From a virus, in the IMG/VR virus record IMGVR_UViG_3300028115_001816, positions 13,864 to 77,863 of that record: a stretch of DNA of 64,000 bases. One strand, given 5' to 3'. Every line of letters starts with the position of its first letter. Positions within the stretch are counted from its first letter, which is position 1. Below the pieces are notes generated by a model. The model was not told the origin of the DNA. It worked only from the letters and a program-made list of their open reading frames with translations, and searched no databases. This document shows, piece by piece, positions 50,065-58,874 of this stretch. Made by a program: the position numbers and the translations under genes.

Positions 50065-50882
50065 TATAATACACTTTCTAACTTTGTTGCAAATTCTTCA
50101 AAGTAATTTTTATGACTTAATATACCAGGATGTTTGCCATCATTGTTTGTGTCTATTCTATTGTTTCTCATAGAAGTATAAAGATTAAGCCATTTTTTGT
50201 TTTGTATTCCGCCAGCATCTTTATATTGGTTGTGCAGTTTATTATATAGGTTTATGGATTGTTCTTCATTTCTAAGATTTTCATCTATTAAATCTTTTGT
50301 ATAGTCTGTAAAAGATTCAGGTATAATGTTTTCTTGTTTTTCAAAAAAGTTATTATCCCATGGACACATGCCATTCACAAAGTATATTTTAGTATTTTTC
50401 AATTTTGATATTCCATAAAGTATGTTGATATACCTTATTAGTTCTACTATTCTATATTGTTCATGTTCTAAAGTAAAGAATCTATCCTGTCTTTCTTGAA
50501 TATCTTCAGCATAATATGTGCCAGTTATTAAATTATGAGTTAATGCACTTAGACCAGGTTTAGCCATTTGCTTTGTGCTATATAACTCGAATCCTATTTC
50601 ATATTCATGGCGTATTAATTGAGTCCATTGTACAAATACAAAATTATAATCTTTTTCAAGTAACTCTTTAGCAGTCATTTGAAAAATTCTTAAATTTGTA
50701 TTACCTCCAGTTGCAATATTTGTGTATTGGAATTTTGGAAAAAATTTATTATGTACTAGATTTGTCCATATGTATTTAGAGTCTCTACAATCAGTATACA
50801 TAGGTTTATTATCTGGTACTTCTATGGATTCTCCAAATCCTACACCTGAACTATAACTACAACCAGAGTAAAGAACTTTCAT
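50064..50882 (-). CDS. SGNH/GDSL-like hypothetical protein
   Basis: GCSYS...GGNTN...DGKHPG; similar to 61245-62018. Confidence 0.5.
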   Translation of the reverse strand: MKVLYSGCSYSSGVGFGESIEVPDNKPMYTDCRDSKYIWTNLVHNKFFPKFQYTNIATGGNTNLRIFQMTAKELLEKDYNFVFVQWTQLIRHEYEIGFELYSTKQMAKPGLSALTHNLITGTYYAEDIQERQDRFFTLEHEQYRIVELIRYINILYGISKLKNTKIYFVNGMCPWDNNFFEKQENIIPESFTDYTKDLIDENLRNEEQSINLYNKLHNQYKDAGGIQNKKWLNLYTSMRNNRIDTNNDGKHPGILSHKNYFEEFATKLESVL

Positions 50883-51530
50883 TTATGCAGTAGTCTTTGC
50901 TGGTCTTCCACGTCTCTTTTTAGGAGCAAGTTCAGGGTTCAGTTCAGCTGCCTCAGTCATTAGTCTGTTTATTTCACTTTCTAATGATTGCATCTGTACT
51001 TTCATTTGATTCGCTTGTTCTACAAGTTGTTCAGCTAGTACACTATCAGATAAGACACCTGTGTCACTTGGCTTTCCTGCAATTTGTGCTGCGGCTTGAA
51101 CTGCGGCAGCATTTTTATCAGGATCAGCAAGTCCTGCTTGTGCATCTAACTTAGCCATATCTTGTGCGGCTTTACTGCCAGTGTCTAAGTCATTAATAAT
51201 TTTATTAATTTCATCTAAACGTACACCTGGCTGATTAGGACGAGGTAACATAATAATGTCCTGTGTTCTTACTTTTTTCATAAATGCATTTTTATGAATT
51301 GTATTCAGAATAGTATCACCATTAGAACCTTTAATACTATGTAATGCTTCTCCTAAATTACGAGCTTCTTGTCCTTTTGGACTTTGAATAGCATTCATTA
51401 AATCGTCATGTAAATTTTGTTGTAGTTGATCAGGATATACAACTAGTGCCATATGTGATTCATCTGGCACTTCACGAAATATTACAGCGACTCTTTTTTC
51501 GCCTTGTTTTCCAACGTGTTTAAGCATCAT
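50883..51530 (-). CDS. Phage hypothetical protein (215 aa) with coiled coil and basic KKRRGRP tail
   Basis: Full ORF with RBS. Confidence 0.7.
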   Translation of the reverse strand: MMLKHVGKQGEKRVAVIFREVPDESHMALVVYPDQLQQNLHDDLMNAIQSPKGQEARNLGEALHSIKGSNGDTILNTIHKNAFMKKVRTQDIIMLPRPNQPGVRLDEINKIINDLDTGSKAAQDMAKLDAQAGLADPDKNAAAVQAAAQIAGKPSDTGVLSDSVLAEQLVEQANQMKVQMQSLESEINRLMTEAAELNPELAPKKRRGRPAKTTA

Positions 51531-51876
51531 CGTTTCCTTCTTCTGCTATTTCTTCTTCAGTGTCTTCGCCTACAGGTGCATCTTCTGCAACCTGTGCTTC
51601 AGGTGCTTGTACTGCTCCGTTAGCAATTAAAAAATTCATTAAGTTGTTATATAAACTACCAACTGCTGCCATTTCGTTTGCTTTAATTGCACCACGATTG
51701 CTTACAACTTCAATAATGTTAGCCATAAGTTTTAAGTCATTTACACCTAGTTGAGGTGCTGCAGGTGCTGCAGGTGCTTCAGTAGATGCGGCAGCAGGTG
51801 CATCATGTGTATGAGGCTCATTACCACCTTCATGATTATGAGTAGTGCCGTCTTCGTGTGTATGTTCTTCAGACAT
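51520..51876 (-). CDS. Hypothetical protein with His-rich N-terminus and acidic tail
   Basis: MSEEHTHEDGTTHNHEGGNEPHTHD; AGGAG RBS. Confidence 0.75.
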   Translation of the reverse strand: MSEEHTHEDGTTHNHEGGNEPHTHDAPAAASTEAPAAPAAPQLGVNDLKLMANIIEVVSNRGAIKANEMAAVGSLYNNLMNFLIANGAVQAPEAQVAEDAPVGEDTEEEIAEEGNDDA

Positions 51877-51918
51877 TCGAATCTCCTAAGTTAATTGATA
51901 TATCATTGTTATTATTAT

Positions 51919-51947
51919 ATTATATTATATTGTATTGGTGATGTCAA
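51919..51947 (-). promoter_or_regulatory. sigma70 promoter TTGACA-N17-TATAAT within an (ATTAT)n repeat
   Basis: TGTCAA 51942-51947; ATTATA 51919-51924. Confidence 0.75.
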
Positions 51948-51981
51948 TAAAAAATTTATTATATGCTATTATAACTATTTA

Positions 51982-52365
51982 TTATGAATTTTGTTCAGTG
52001 AATAATTTCATATTATCAGCATCTATACCAAACCCAGTACCAAATCCAATCATACAACCTACATCTTTATCAGGTCCTATTTCAGTAATCATCCATTCTT
52101 TCGATATAGCATTCACTGCTAAAAATAAATCTACTCGTTGTGTACCTATATTTTCACTTATTCCTATACCTACACCACTCCAGATAACAATTAATTTTTT
52201 GGTATCAGCAATTTCAATTATTTGATTTATAGGAGCACAAATTATAGGTTTGCTTTTGTAATCTGGCGACCAACCTTTAGGAAGTTGTTGTGCATGTACT
52301 TTCTCAAATAATCCCATTAGGATTATTACTGCTACAACTGCACCTATTCCGTATAACCATTTCAT
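51982..52365 (-). CDS. Secreted or membrane-anchored hypothetical protein (start MKWLYGIG)
   Basis: N-terminal hydrophobic helix ending VHA-Q; the track ORF is over-extended to 52491. Confidence 0.6.
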   Translation of the reverse strand: MKWLYGIGAVVAVIILMGLFEKVHAQQLPKGWSPDYKSKPIICAPINQIIEIADTKKLIVIWSGVGIGISENIGTQRVDLFLAVNAISKEWMITEIGPDKDVGCMIGFGTGFGIDADNMKLFTEQNS

Positions 52366-52369
52366 AATA

Positions 52370-53653
52370 CTATTTAGCCTCATCATAGTAAGCATAATTT
52401 CCAAAAGGAGGCTTAATATCTTGATTACCGTGTATAATAAAAACTGTATCACAGTAGTCTGGATCGCCCCAACTATCCCAAGGATAACCATCTGTAAACA
52501 TTATAAAACGTTCTGGTTGTATTTCATTCTCTTTCATAAACTTCCAGTTAGCATCAAAGTCTGTGCCACCGCCACCAGTAATAGCATAGTTTTCAAACTC
52601 ATCAATATTCTGTTGAGTAAATTCTTGATAGTTGTAGCATTGTGTATCAAAGCACCAAACTTTTACTCTAAAGTCTGTAAACTGCTCCATTATACCACGT
52701 ACTTCACTAAGCATTTCCTTACCCATTGTATCACTAATACTACCACTCATATCCAATGCAAGAGCAATATCTATTGTATCTTCAGGTGTTTGTCCAGGTA
52801 ATGCTACATCACTAAAGTAACCTTTCTTACTTCTTGCCATAAAACTATAGTCACCTTTTTGTGTACTCTGTATACTCATGTTTAAAAGTTCTTGCCAGGG
52901 CATTTTAGGTTCAGTTAAATCTTTAATAATACGTTTTACACCTGCAGGTATTTCACCAGCACCAGCACCTGCGGCACTTTGTAGTAAACTTTCTTTTATC
53001 TGATCACGTATTTCTTGTTTTTGTTCTTTAGTATACTTTGGTCTACTTTTGCTAACAAGGTTACCATTCGCATCTTCTTCTGGTTTTCCACCGCCTTCAC
53101 CTTCTTCACCATCTAGGTGTTCGTCTAATAGTTTGTTTACTAGATCTTCTATGTCTATTTTATCTGCATTTTCATAAAGACTGTCATAAACTTCTTCCAT
53201 GCTCATGCCATCATATTTGTAATCATATAGTGCAGGAACTGTAGTAATAAAAGTACCGATTCTGTTTTCTTTAAGATCTCTATTCACACAATAATCTGCG
53301 GCAATATTTGCAAGAGTAGGATTATGTTTGTTTTGTTTACTTCTACCTAGATGCTCATATACATTGTGTAAAACTTCATGTCCAAACAAAAATATAAGTT
53401 CACCTGGTCTAAGCATGTTGATAAATTTACTATTATAATAGAAATACTTGCCATCTGTAGCGGCAGTTGGTAACCAAGCATCTGCATTTACTAGTGGAAG
53501 CCTAGTAGCCATTGTACCAAACCAACTAGTTTTAAGTAACATTTTTACACGAGCAGTTGTTAGTGCTTCACGTGCCTGCAAATCTTCTTCTTTAACAGTT
53601 TCAAATCCTACTGGAAGATCTATATTTTTAGTATTTGCAGTACCTTTATCCAT
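52370..53653 (-). CDS. VWA-domain protein with N-terminal HExxH metallopeptidase-like domain (DUF2201-like)
   Basis: TAATDG, HEVLH, N.AAD..VN; MIDAS DMSGS...GGGGTDF...FTDG. Confidence 0.9.
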   Translation of the reverse strand: MDKGTANTKNIDLPVGFETVKEEDLQAREALTTARVKMLLKTSWFGTMATRLPLVNADAWLPTAATDGKYFYYNSKFINMLRPGELIFLFGHEVLHNVYEHLGRSKQNKHNPTLANIAADYCVNRDLKENRIGTFITTVPALYDYKYDGMSMEEVYDSLYENADKIDIEDLVNKLLDEHLDGEEGEGGGKPEEDANGNLVSKSRPKYTKEQKQEIRDQIKESLLQSAAGAGAGEIPAGVKRIIKDLTEPKMPWQELLNMSIQSTQKGDYSFMARSKKGYFSDVALPGQTPEDTIDIALALDMSGSISDTMGKEMLSEVRGIMEQFTDFRVKVWCFDTQCYNYQEFTQQNIDEFENYAITGGGGTDFDANWKFMKENEIQPERFIMFTDGYPWDSWGDPDYCDTVFIIHGNQDIKPPFGNYAYYDEAK

Positions 53654-53682
53654 GTATATCTCCTAAACTTTAACTATAATTT

Positions 53683-53710
53683 ATATTAACATTATTATGG
53701 AATTTGTCAA
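53683..53710 (-). promoter_or_regulatory. Early promoter TTGACA-N12-ATGT-TAATAT
   Basis: One of four copies of the motif with a 16-bp spacer. Confidence 0.7.
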
Positions 53711-53713
53711 CCT

Positions 53714-53721
53714 AATAAATA
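53714..53721 (+). promoter_or_regulatory. Late-like promoter AATAAATA
   Basis: Ends 7 nt before the ATG of the only + strand gene in this block. Confidence 0.55.
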
Positions 53722-53728
53722 CAGTACT

Positions 53729-54802
53729 ATGTTATTAAATGAACTATTTGTAAAAGAAGCAAAAACAACTCCTCTAAAGCATGGATCTACTCGTGGACAC
53801 ATGGGAGAATATCTATTAGGCAGTGCAGTTGTTGCAAAACTTATACAAGGTGAGGATATAATATCTGTTGAAGATGTTGTATCAGTCATGAGAACTACAA
53901 GTTCAAATGATAATTTATCTGCAAGTTTTGAAGGTACTTCTGGTGACGAAATACTTTTTATGAATGTTATTAGTAATCCTAAAAATATAGCAGATGCACG
54001 TGATGTAGATGCACTAACTGATGCTATGAAGGATGAACTTGCAGGTGCAGTAAAGTTTGCTAACGGTGATATCTATAGCCGTAAGTGGAGTAAAGTTTTT
54101 GCAGAGAATGGAAAACCAGATAAAGTACTTGTTAAAGCGGCTGGTGAAGAAGATCAAAAAGGCACAAAGGCAGATATATTCTTAATTTATGTAAACCCTG
54201 ATGGTTCAGAAAGAGTAATTAAAGGTTGGAGTTTAAAAACAGGTAGTGGATTAATTGGCCAAGGAAGCCCAAAAACTTTTAAAAACATGGAAGTGTTTTT
54301 TGCTGAACTAGGAATCACACTTAATCCAATAGAAAATTATGAACAAGATCCTGCTGGACATGTTATTAATATAATGAAGCAGGTTGAAAATGATCTTAAA
54401 AAATTAACAACTGGTAATAATACAGAAAATGAAATGCAACTTGTGCAGAATGTTACACGTTTCATGGCTTACCATGTTACACGTAATGATCCTAGAGTAT
54501 ATATTGTTAATTTAGGAAAAGACGATTATAGTGCCCAGACTATGCAAAAGATGCGTCGTAATTTAGAAGCAGTAGATTTAGATGCTACTCTAAGTCTTGA
54601 GAAAAGACCTACCTTAAAAGTACATGAAAAAGGTAACCTTAAACAATGGCTTTTTATGATTAGGTATAGTTACGGTGCTGCAAGAATAGGCTCTGATGGA
54701 AAGCCAAAAGGTGAGAGGCATAAGCTCATCGTAGAAGCAGGGCCTTTATTCAAGACCCTTGCTACTATAAATGTTAATGATGTAGAAAAAGAGAACGTTT
54801 AG
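53729..54802 (+). CDS. Hypothetical protein, possible PD-(D/E)XK nuclease
   Basis: GHMGE...TKADIFL...GWSLKT resembles a restriction-fold active site. Confidence 0.45.
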   Translation: MLLNELFVKEAKTTPLKHGSTRGHMGEYLLGSAVVAKLIQGEDIISVEDVVSVMRTTSSNDNLSASFEGTSGDEILFMNVISNPKNIADARDVDALTDAMKDELAGAVKFANGDIYSRKWSKVFAENGKPDKVLVKAAGEEDQKGTKADIFLIYVNPDGSERVIKGWSLKTGSGLIGQGSPKTFKNMEVFFAELGITLNPIENYEQDPAGHVINIMKQVENDLKKLTTGNNTENEMQLVQNVTRFMAYHVTRNDPRVYIVNLGKDDYSAQTMQKMRRNLEAVDLDATLSLEKRPTLKVHEKGNLKQWLFMIRYSYGAARIGSDGKPKGERHKLIVEAGPLFKTLATINVNDVEKENV

Positions 54803-55311
54803 TTATTTTTTATACTATTTGCATACTCTATTATTTTATCAATATATTCTAAATTATTCATATCATCTATCATATCTGTAATTGTAGCGAATCGTTCTTG
54901 GTCACTATTCGTATTCCCTTTGTTTTCATTAACACGTCTGCTTCTTATACGTAGATTGTCAGGATTATCACTACCACCTTGTTCACGTGGAGTCCAATGA
55001 TCTAAATTAGGTTCATGCATTTTGTCTATTGGAAGAATCTTGTTTTCGCCTGATCCCCAATCATATGCATAAAAAGTATCATCTACATAATACCCTTTAG
55101 ACTTTTCCAAATTATCCTGAATCCATTGTTCAGTTTGTGCATCAGTCCACTTGTATTTTTTCTGATATTTTCCTTTTATTTTTATTTTAAAAAGTATATC
55201 AGGATCGTGATAGTTATCAACCCAGAAGTCATATAACTCCTGGGTATAATATGTACGTTCACAAAAGCCTGTAAAAAGTTTACGATTAGCAATTTGTGTA
55301 TTAATGTCCAT
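54799..55311 (-). CDS. HNH endonuclease
   Basis: LDHWTPREQGGSDNPDNL....RRVNENKGN. Confidence 0.85.
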   Translation of the reverse strand: MDINTQIANRKLFTGFCERTYYTQELYDFWVDNYHDPDILFKIKIKGKYQKKYKWTDAQTEQWIQDNLEKSKGYYVDDTFYAYDWGSGENKILPIDKMHEPNLDHWTPREQGGSDNPDNLRIRSRRVNENKGNTNSDQERFATITDMIDDMNNLEYIDKIIEYANSIKNN

Positions 55312-56543
55312 TATGCAACTTCCTGCACTGGTGGAACACGATACAAATTTAAGTACTCATTTGCAATTACCTTACCAGAGAACTTAATAGGTGCCCAATC
55401 AACATGTGGACTTGTTACCTTAATAATCTTATGCAATCCTGCGGCAATTTTACTTTGTTCTGGAATATTCAGATCTTTTGAAGCAGGATCATCCTTAATT
55501 GCACGTTTTGATTCTTGATGAAACCCATTTCTGTGTCCACCAGCATATCTATGTGATAGTGCATCAATAATGGAATCGTCTACCTCATAGTTATTATTGT
55601 CTAGTACACCCTCTGCTTCTTGTACTTTTATAAATTCACATATCCCCCAAATATTAGGAGTTGCAATAGGTGCTTTATTAAATGCAGTACAATGAATATC
55701 TATTGCACGTTCAAAAATTTCATGACCATAGTCGTCATAATGCCGTGTAAGATTGTAGGCACCAGTACATTCTAATGGTTGAGTTTTTTGTTCACCGCCT
55801 TTTTCTATTAACTTTGCACCAAATCGTGAAAGTATTTGTTTAATGTTGTAAGCAGTTCTAAAAGAACGATCTAACGTTTCAATATCAAAATTTGGATCTT
55901 CTATCATCTTTGCTTCAACAGTCTGAGTCATTGCACGATATTTGTCAAATTCACTAGCAACAAGACTATTTAAATTTACAGCAGTATATTGTGCTACATC
56001 ATCACTTCTTAATTCGCTTTCTTTGTATTCTAATGGAATATCACGAATGCCTAATAATACACAGGCAACAAAACGGTGCTGGGCATCATTTAGGAAATAC
56101 TTATCTGAAACTTTACTATAACGTGCAAGTCCCATAAGAACCCATTCAGGATTAAATTTAAACAGGATATCTTCTACTAGGTGTTGTAATTGTATTCCAC
56201 GTTGTGCCTGATTATTTTTAACAATTTTACTTACAGGTTTAAACATTTCTTCGTTACGAGTAAGCCCTTTTGCTTTAAGTTCCTCAGTTGTAATCCAATC
56301 AAGATCAATACCCTGTAAAGCACGACTACGTTTCAATACACTTAGTACTAAATTACAAACTTGAAATAGAGTTGGATCATCACCAAGCACTGTAGTATCT
56401 ACATACTTAGGGATTTTACGAATAATTTCACGACGTACTATACTTTTTATTGTACGAATGTGTTTACGGTTCATTTTAGGACCAAAAACCTGTGCTAAGT
56501 CCTCTCCAAAAACATTTTTTGGATCTAAGTTTGGTTGTGACAT
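55311..56543 (-). CDS. ParB/Srx-like (DGQHR-type) domain protein
   Basis: AQRGI...F.....YFLNDAQHR; AGGAG RBS; its stop overlaps the HNH start. Confidence 0.6.
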   Translation of the reverse strand: MSQPNLDPKNVFGEDLAQVFGPKMNRKHIRTIKSIVRREIIRKIPKYVDTTVLGDDPTLFQVCNLVLSVLKRSRALQGIDLDWITTEELKAKGLTRNEEMFKPVSKIVKNNQAQRGIQLQHLVEDILFKFNPEWVLMGLARYSKVSDKYFLNDAQHRFVACVLLGIRDIPLEYKESELRSDDVAQYTAVNLNSLVASEFDKYRAMTQTVEAKMIEDPNFDIETLDRSFRTAYNIKQILSRFGAKLIEKGGEQKTQPLECTGAYNLTRHYDDYGHEIFERAIDIHCTAFNKAPIATPNIWGICEFIKVQEAEGVLDNNNYEVDDSIIDALSHRYAGGHRNGFHQESKRAIKDDPASKDLNIPEQSKIAAGLHKIIKVTSPHVDWAPIKFSGKVIANEYLNLYRVPPVQEVA

Positions 56544-56620
56544 TTTAATTCTCCTATGGTAATGTCTGTTTTACTTTTCAAATAATGGTCACTTATGCAT
56601 AAAAGCATGACCATTTTCTT

Positions 56621-56648
56621 ATTGTAACATCTTTAAGGCAGATGTCAA
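56621..56648 (-). promoter_or_regulatory. Early promoter TTGACA-N12-ATGT-TACAAT
   Basis: Shared motif, 16-bp spacer. Confidence 0.75.
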
Positions 56649-56652
56649 GCCT

Positions 56653-56928
56653 TTATCCTATATAATCATATACAGGAAACTCTGCATACTTTGCTCTACG
56701 TTTTCCACTCTCACTCATACCGTGACGGAAACCAACACACTTGCCATTATCTAAAACAACAAAATATTTTACATCTTTTTCTGGTCCAGGCCACGAACGG
56801 TTACCAAGTCCAATTTCAGTAATCATATTTTTTGCATATTTTCTTGCTTCAAAATCTTGGTTCTCATATTTTGGCATATTCCACCATATGCCAAAATCGT
56901 CTTCTAATGTTTGCTTTTTTCTATACAT
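56653..56928 (-). CDS. Hypothetical protein (about 91 aa, start MYRKKQ)
   Basis: GAGG RBS; starts directly after the AAA stop. Confidence 0.6.
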   Translation of the reverse strand: MYRKKQTLEDDFGIWWNMPKYENQDFEARKYAKNMITEIGLGNRSWPGPEKDVKYFVVLDNGKCVGFRHGMSESGKRRAKYAEFPVYDYIG

Positions 56929-56929
56929 A

Positions 56930-58039
56930 TTAGTCCTCATTACTTGCTGCAACATATTTTCCAAACCTACTGTAAAACTCATCAAAGTGTTTTAGTTTAT
57001 CTGGTTGGAAAGGAAGATTGTACTGGTTAATTGCAACCCTACAACCCATAACAGTCATCTCCGTTGGGAAGAAGTCCATCATAAATCTAAAAAAGTTATC
57101 AGCAAGTTTGTGCCAAGCATCACTGTTATCTTTGCCCATAGTCTCAAAAGTACTCTGCAACTCATAACACATACCAATTGTAAGTGCATATTGTGCAGAT
57201 ATCTCTTTTACTTTGCACTCTTTTACTTTACCAGCAAGTATATCAGCTGGAAGAGGAAGATCTTTAGCATACTTTCTGTGTGTCATAAACTTTACTGCAA
57301 TACCTTCTCCTACAGTACCAGCAACTAAGTCTGTAAGTTCTGCATCTGAGATGTCATCATCTTCACAAAATTGACTTACAAAAGTCCAACTTCTAGGAGT
57401 AGCAAAAGCATGACCACTTGCTCTAGGATCAAAGTCAAATAAGTCTGCTTTTGCAAACGAGATGTAACCTACTACATCTTCATGTATTTTGTTTTGTACT
57501 GCCCAGTCTAACCAAGCATCAAAGTCTGCTCTAACTTCAACGTGTACAAATCTGTTTGCTAAAGGAGTAGGCATTCTGTAAGTAACACCTTTATCAGACT
57601 CTCTATTACCTGCAGCAACTAGTTTTACATTTTTAGGTAATACATACTGACCAACTTTTTTGTTAAGTATCAACTGATACAATGCTGCCTGCACACTCTG
57701 TGCAGCACTATTCAACTCATCAAATAGTATAACAATATTATCGTATTCTGCAGCTTCTGCTTCAGTTGGAAAATCCACAGGAGGTAACCAAACCATTCTG
57801 TTATTTGCTAAGTCAGGAGCAGGAAAGCCTCTAACATCTGTAGGATCTAATAATGCAGCTCTAATATCAATTAGTTTAGCATTACCAAGTTCACCACTAT
57901 CTACAATATACTGACATAATTCACTTTTACCAACACCAGGAGGTCCCCAAATAAATGCTGGTCTATCTTTCTTTAGTGCTCTAGTAATTCTGCTAACTGC
58001 TTGTTTTACTGTAATAGTTCTGCTATCTATTGCTGCCAT
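56930..58039 (-). CDS. MoxR-like / AAA_5 ATPase
   Basis: Walker A WGPPGVGKS, Walker B LFDELN, AAGNR, arginine finger ANRF. Confidence 0.92.
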   Translation of the reverse strand: MAAIDSRTITVKQAVSRITRALKKDRPAFIWGPPGVGKSELCQYIVDSGELGNAKLIDIRAALLDPTDVRGFPAPDLANNRMVWLPPVDFPTEAEAAEYDNIVILFDELNSAAQSVQAALYQLILNKKVGQYVLPKNVKLVAAGNRESDKGVTYRMPTPLANRFVHVEVRADFDAWLDWAVQNKIHEDVVGYISFAKADLFDFDPRASGHAFATPRSWTFVSQFCEDDDISDAELTDLVAGTVGEGIAVKFMTHRKYAKDLPLPADILAGKVKECKVKEISAQYALTIGMCYELQSTFETMGKDNSDAWHKLADNFFRFMMDFFPTEMTVMGCRVAINQYNLPFQPDKLKHFDEFYSRFGKYVAASNED

Positions 58040-58067
58040 TTGACTCTCCTTTAATTAACTATAATTA

Positions 58068-58095
58068 AACATAACATATATTTGACATATGTCAA
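58068..58095 (-). promoter_or_regulatory. Early promoter TTGACA-N12-ATGT-TATGTT overlapping a 14-bp palindrome
   Basis: Shared motif; TTGACATATGTCAA at 58082-58095. Confidence 0.65.
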
Positions 58096-58096
58096 C

Positions 58097-58234
58097 CTAT
58101 TTGTCATATTTTCCTGTTCTAACTTTACAACCTAAATTTATGTAATTATTACGTAGAAAAATTACTTGTCTTGGTTTTAAGTATTCCCATACAAGTAACT
58201 CATTATCTGGCATTGCTATTTCTAACCAATACAT
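58097..58234 (-). CDS. Small hypothetical protein (45 aa, MYWLEIAMPDNELLVWEYL...)
   Basis: Hand-translated; fills the gap after 58236-58466. Confidence 0.6.
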   Translation of the reverse strand: MYWLEIAMPDNELLVWEYLKPRQVIFLRNNYINLGCKVRTGKYDK

Positions 58235-58235
58235 A

Positions 58236-58466
58236 TTAACCTACCAATTTCATATTAAATTTAGGATCAAAAGCAACTACTTGAAATGCAATTACTGAAT
58301 TTTTGTTTCCAATATTTTTAAATTTTTTACCTATAACATTTTGATCTGCAAACTTATGTGCATCTTCAATTGTTGCAAAAGACATTGGAATATCACTATT
58401 AGGATTACAAAAAACTTGTTGTACTGTACAATTTTGTAACTTGACTAAACACTTGACCATAAACAT
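58236..58466 (-). CDS. Small early protein (76 aa)
   Basis: AGGAG RBS and its own promoter. Confidence 0.7.
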   Translation of the reverse strand: MFMVKCLVKLQNCTVQQVFCNPNSDIPMSFATIEDAHKFADQNVIGKKFKNIGNKNSVIAFQVVAFDPKFNMKLVG

Positions 58467-58496
58467 TAGACTCTCTCCTATTTCTAATTATTCTTT

Positions 58497-58524
58497 ACAA
58501 TAACATGTATAGAGGATATGTCAA
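58497..58524 (-). promoter_or_regulatory. Early promoter TTGACA-N12-ATGT-TATTGT
   Basis: Shared motif, 16-bp spacer. Confidence 0.7.
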
Positions 58525-58536
58525 CCTATTTTGATC

Positions 58537-58568
58537 AAAAAAAACCGCCTAGTTAATTTAACTAGACG
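58537..58568 (-). terminator. Rho-independent terminator
   Basis: CGUCUAGUUA-AAU-UAACUAGGCG then G and U8 on the - strand. Confidence 0.85.
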
Positions 58569-58616
58569 AACATGTTGGCGCCTTATCCCAACTTGCGAAT
58601 TCTGCTTATACTTTAT

Positions 58617-58874
58617 TTATTCCTTTTCTGGATCAATACTATGAAACATGGTAAATCTAAAGTAATCTTTCGGTTGGCTAAAACGTATGTCTACACCCAA
58701 TGTACTCCACCTAATACTCCAGCGATTACTTGAATCTCCAAATGTTTTAGTCATCCATTCTAAAAACTTTCGCCGTCCATAAGTAGTATCACTATCTACT
58801 TCTGCAGTTACTATCCATTTCCAATGAGTATCTTCTAATTCTTTAGTATACCATTTTTTAAATTTTGTGTGCAT
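58617..58874 (-). CDS. Hypothetical protein (85 aa)
   Basis: Overlapping operon ORF. Confidence 0.65.
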   Translation of the reverse strand: MHTKFKKWYTKELEDTHWKWIVTAEVDSDTTYGRRKFLEWMTKTFGDSSNRWSIRWSTLGVDIRFSQPKDYFRFTMFHSIDPEKE

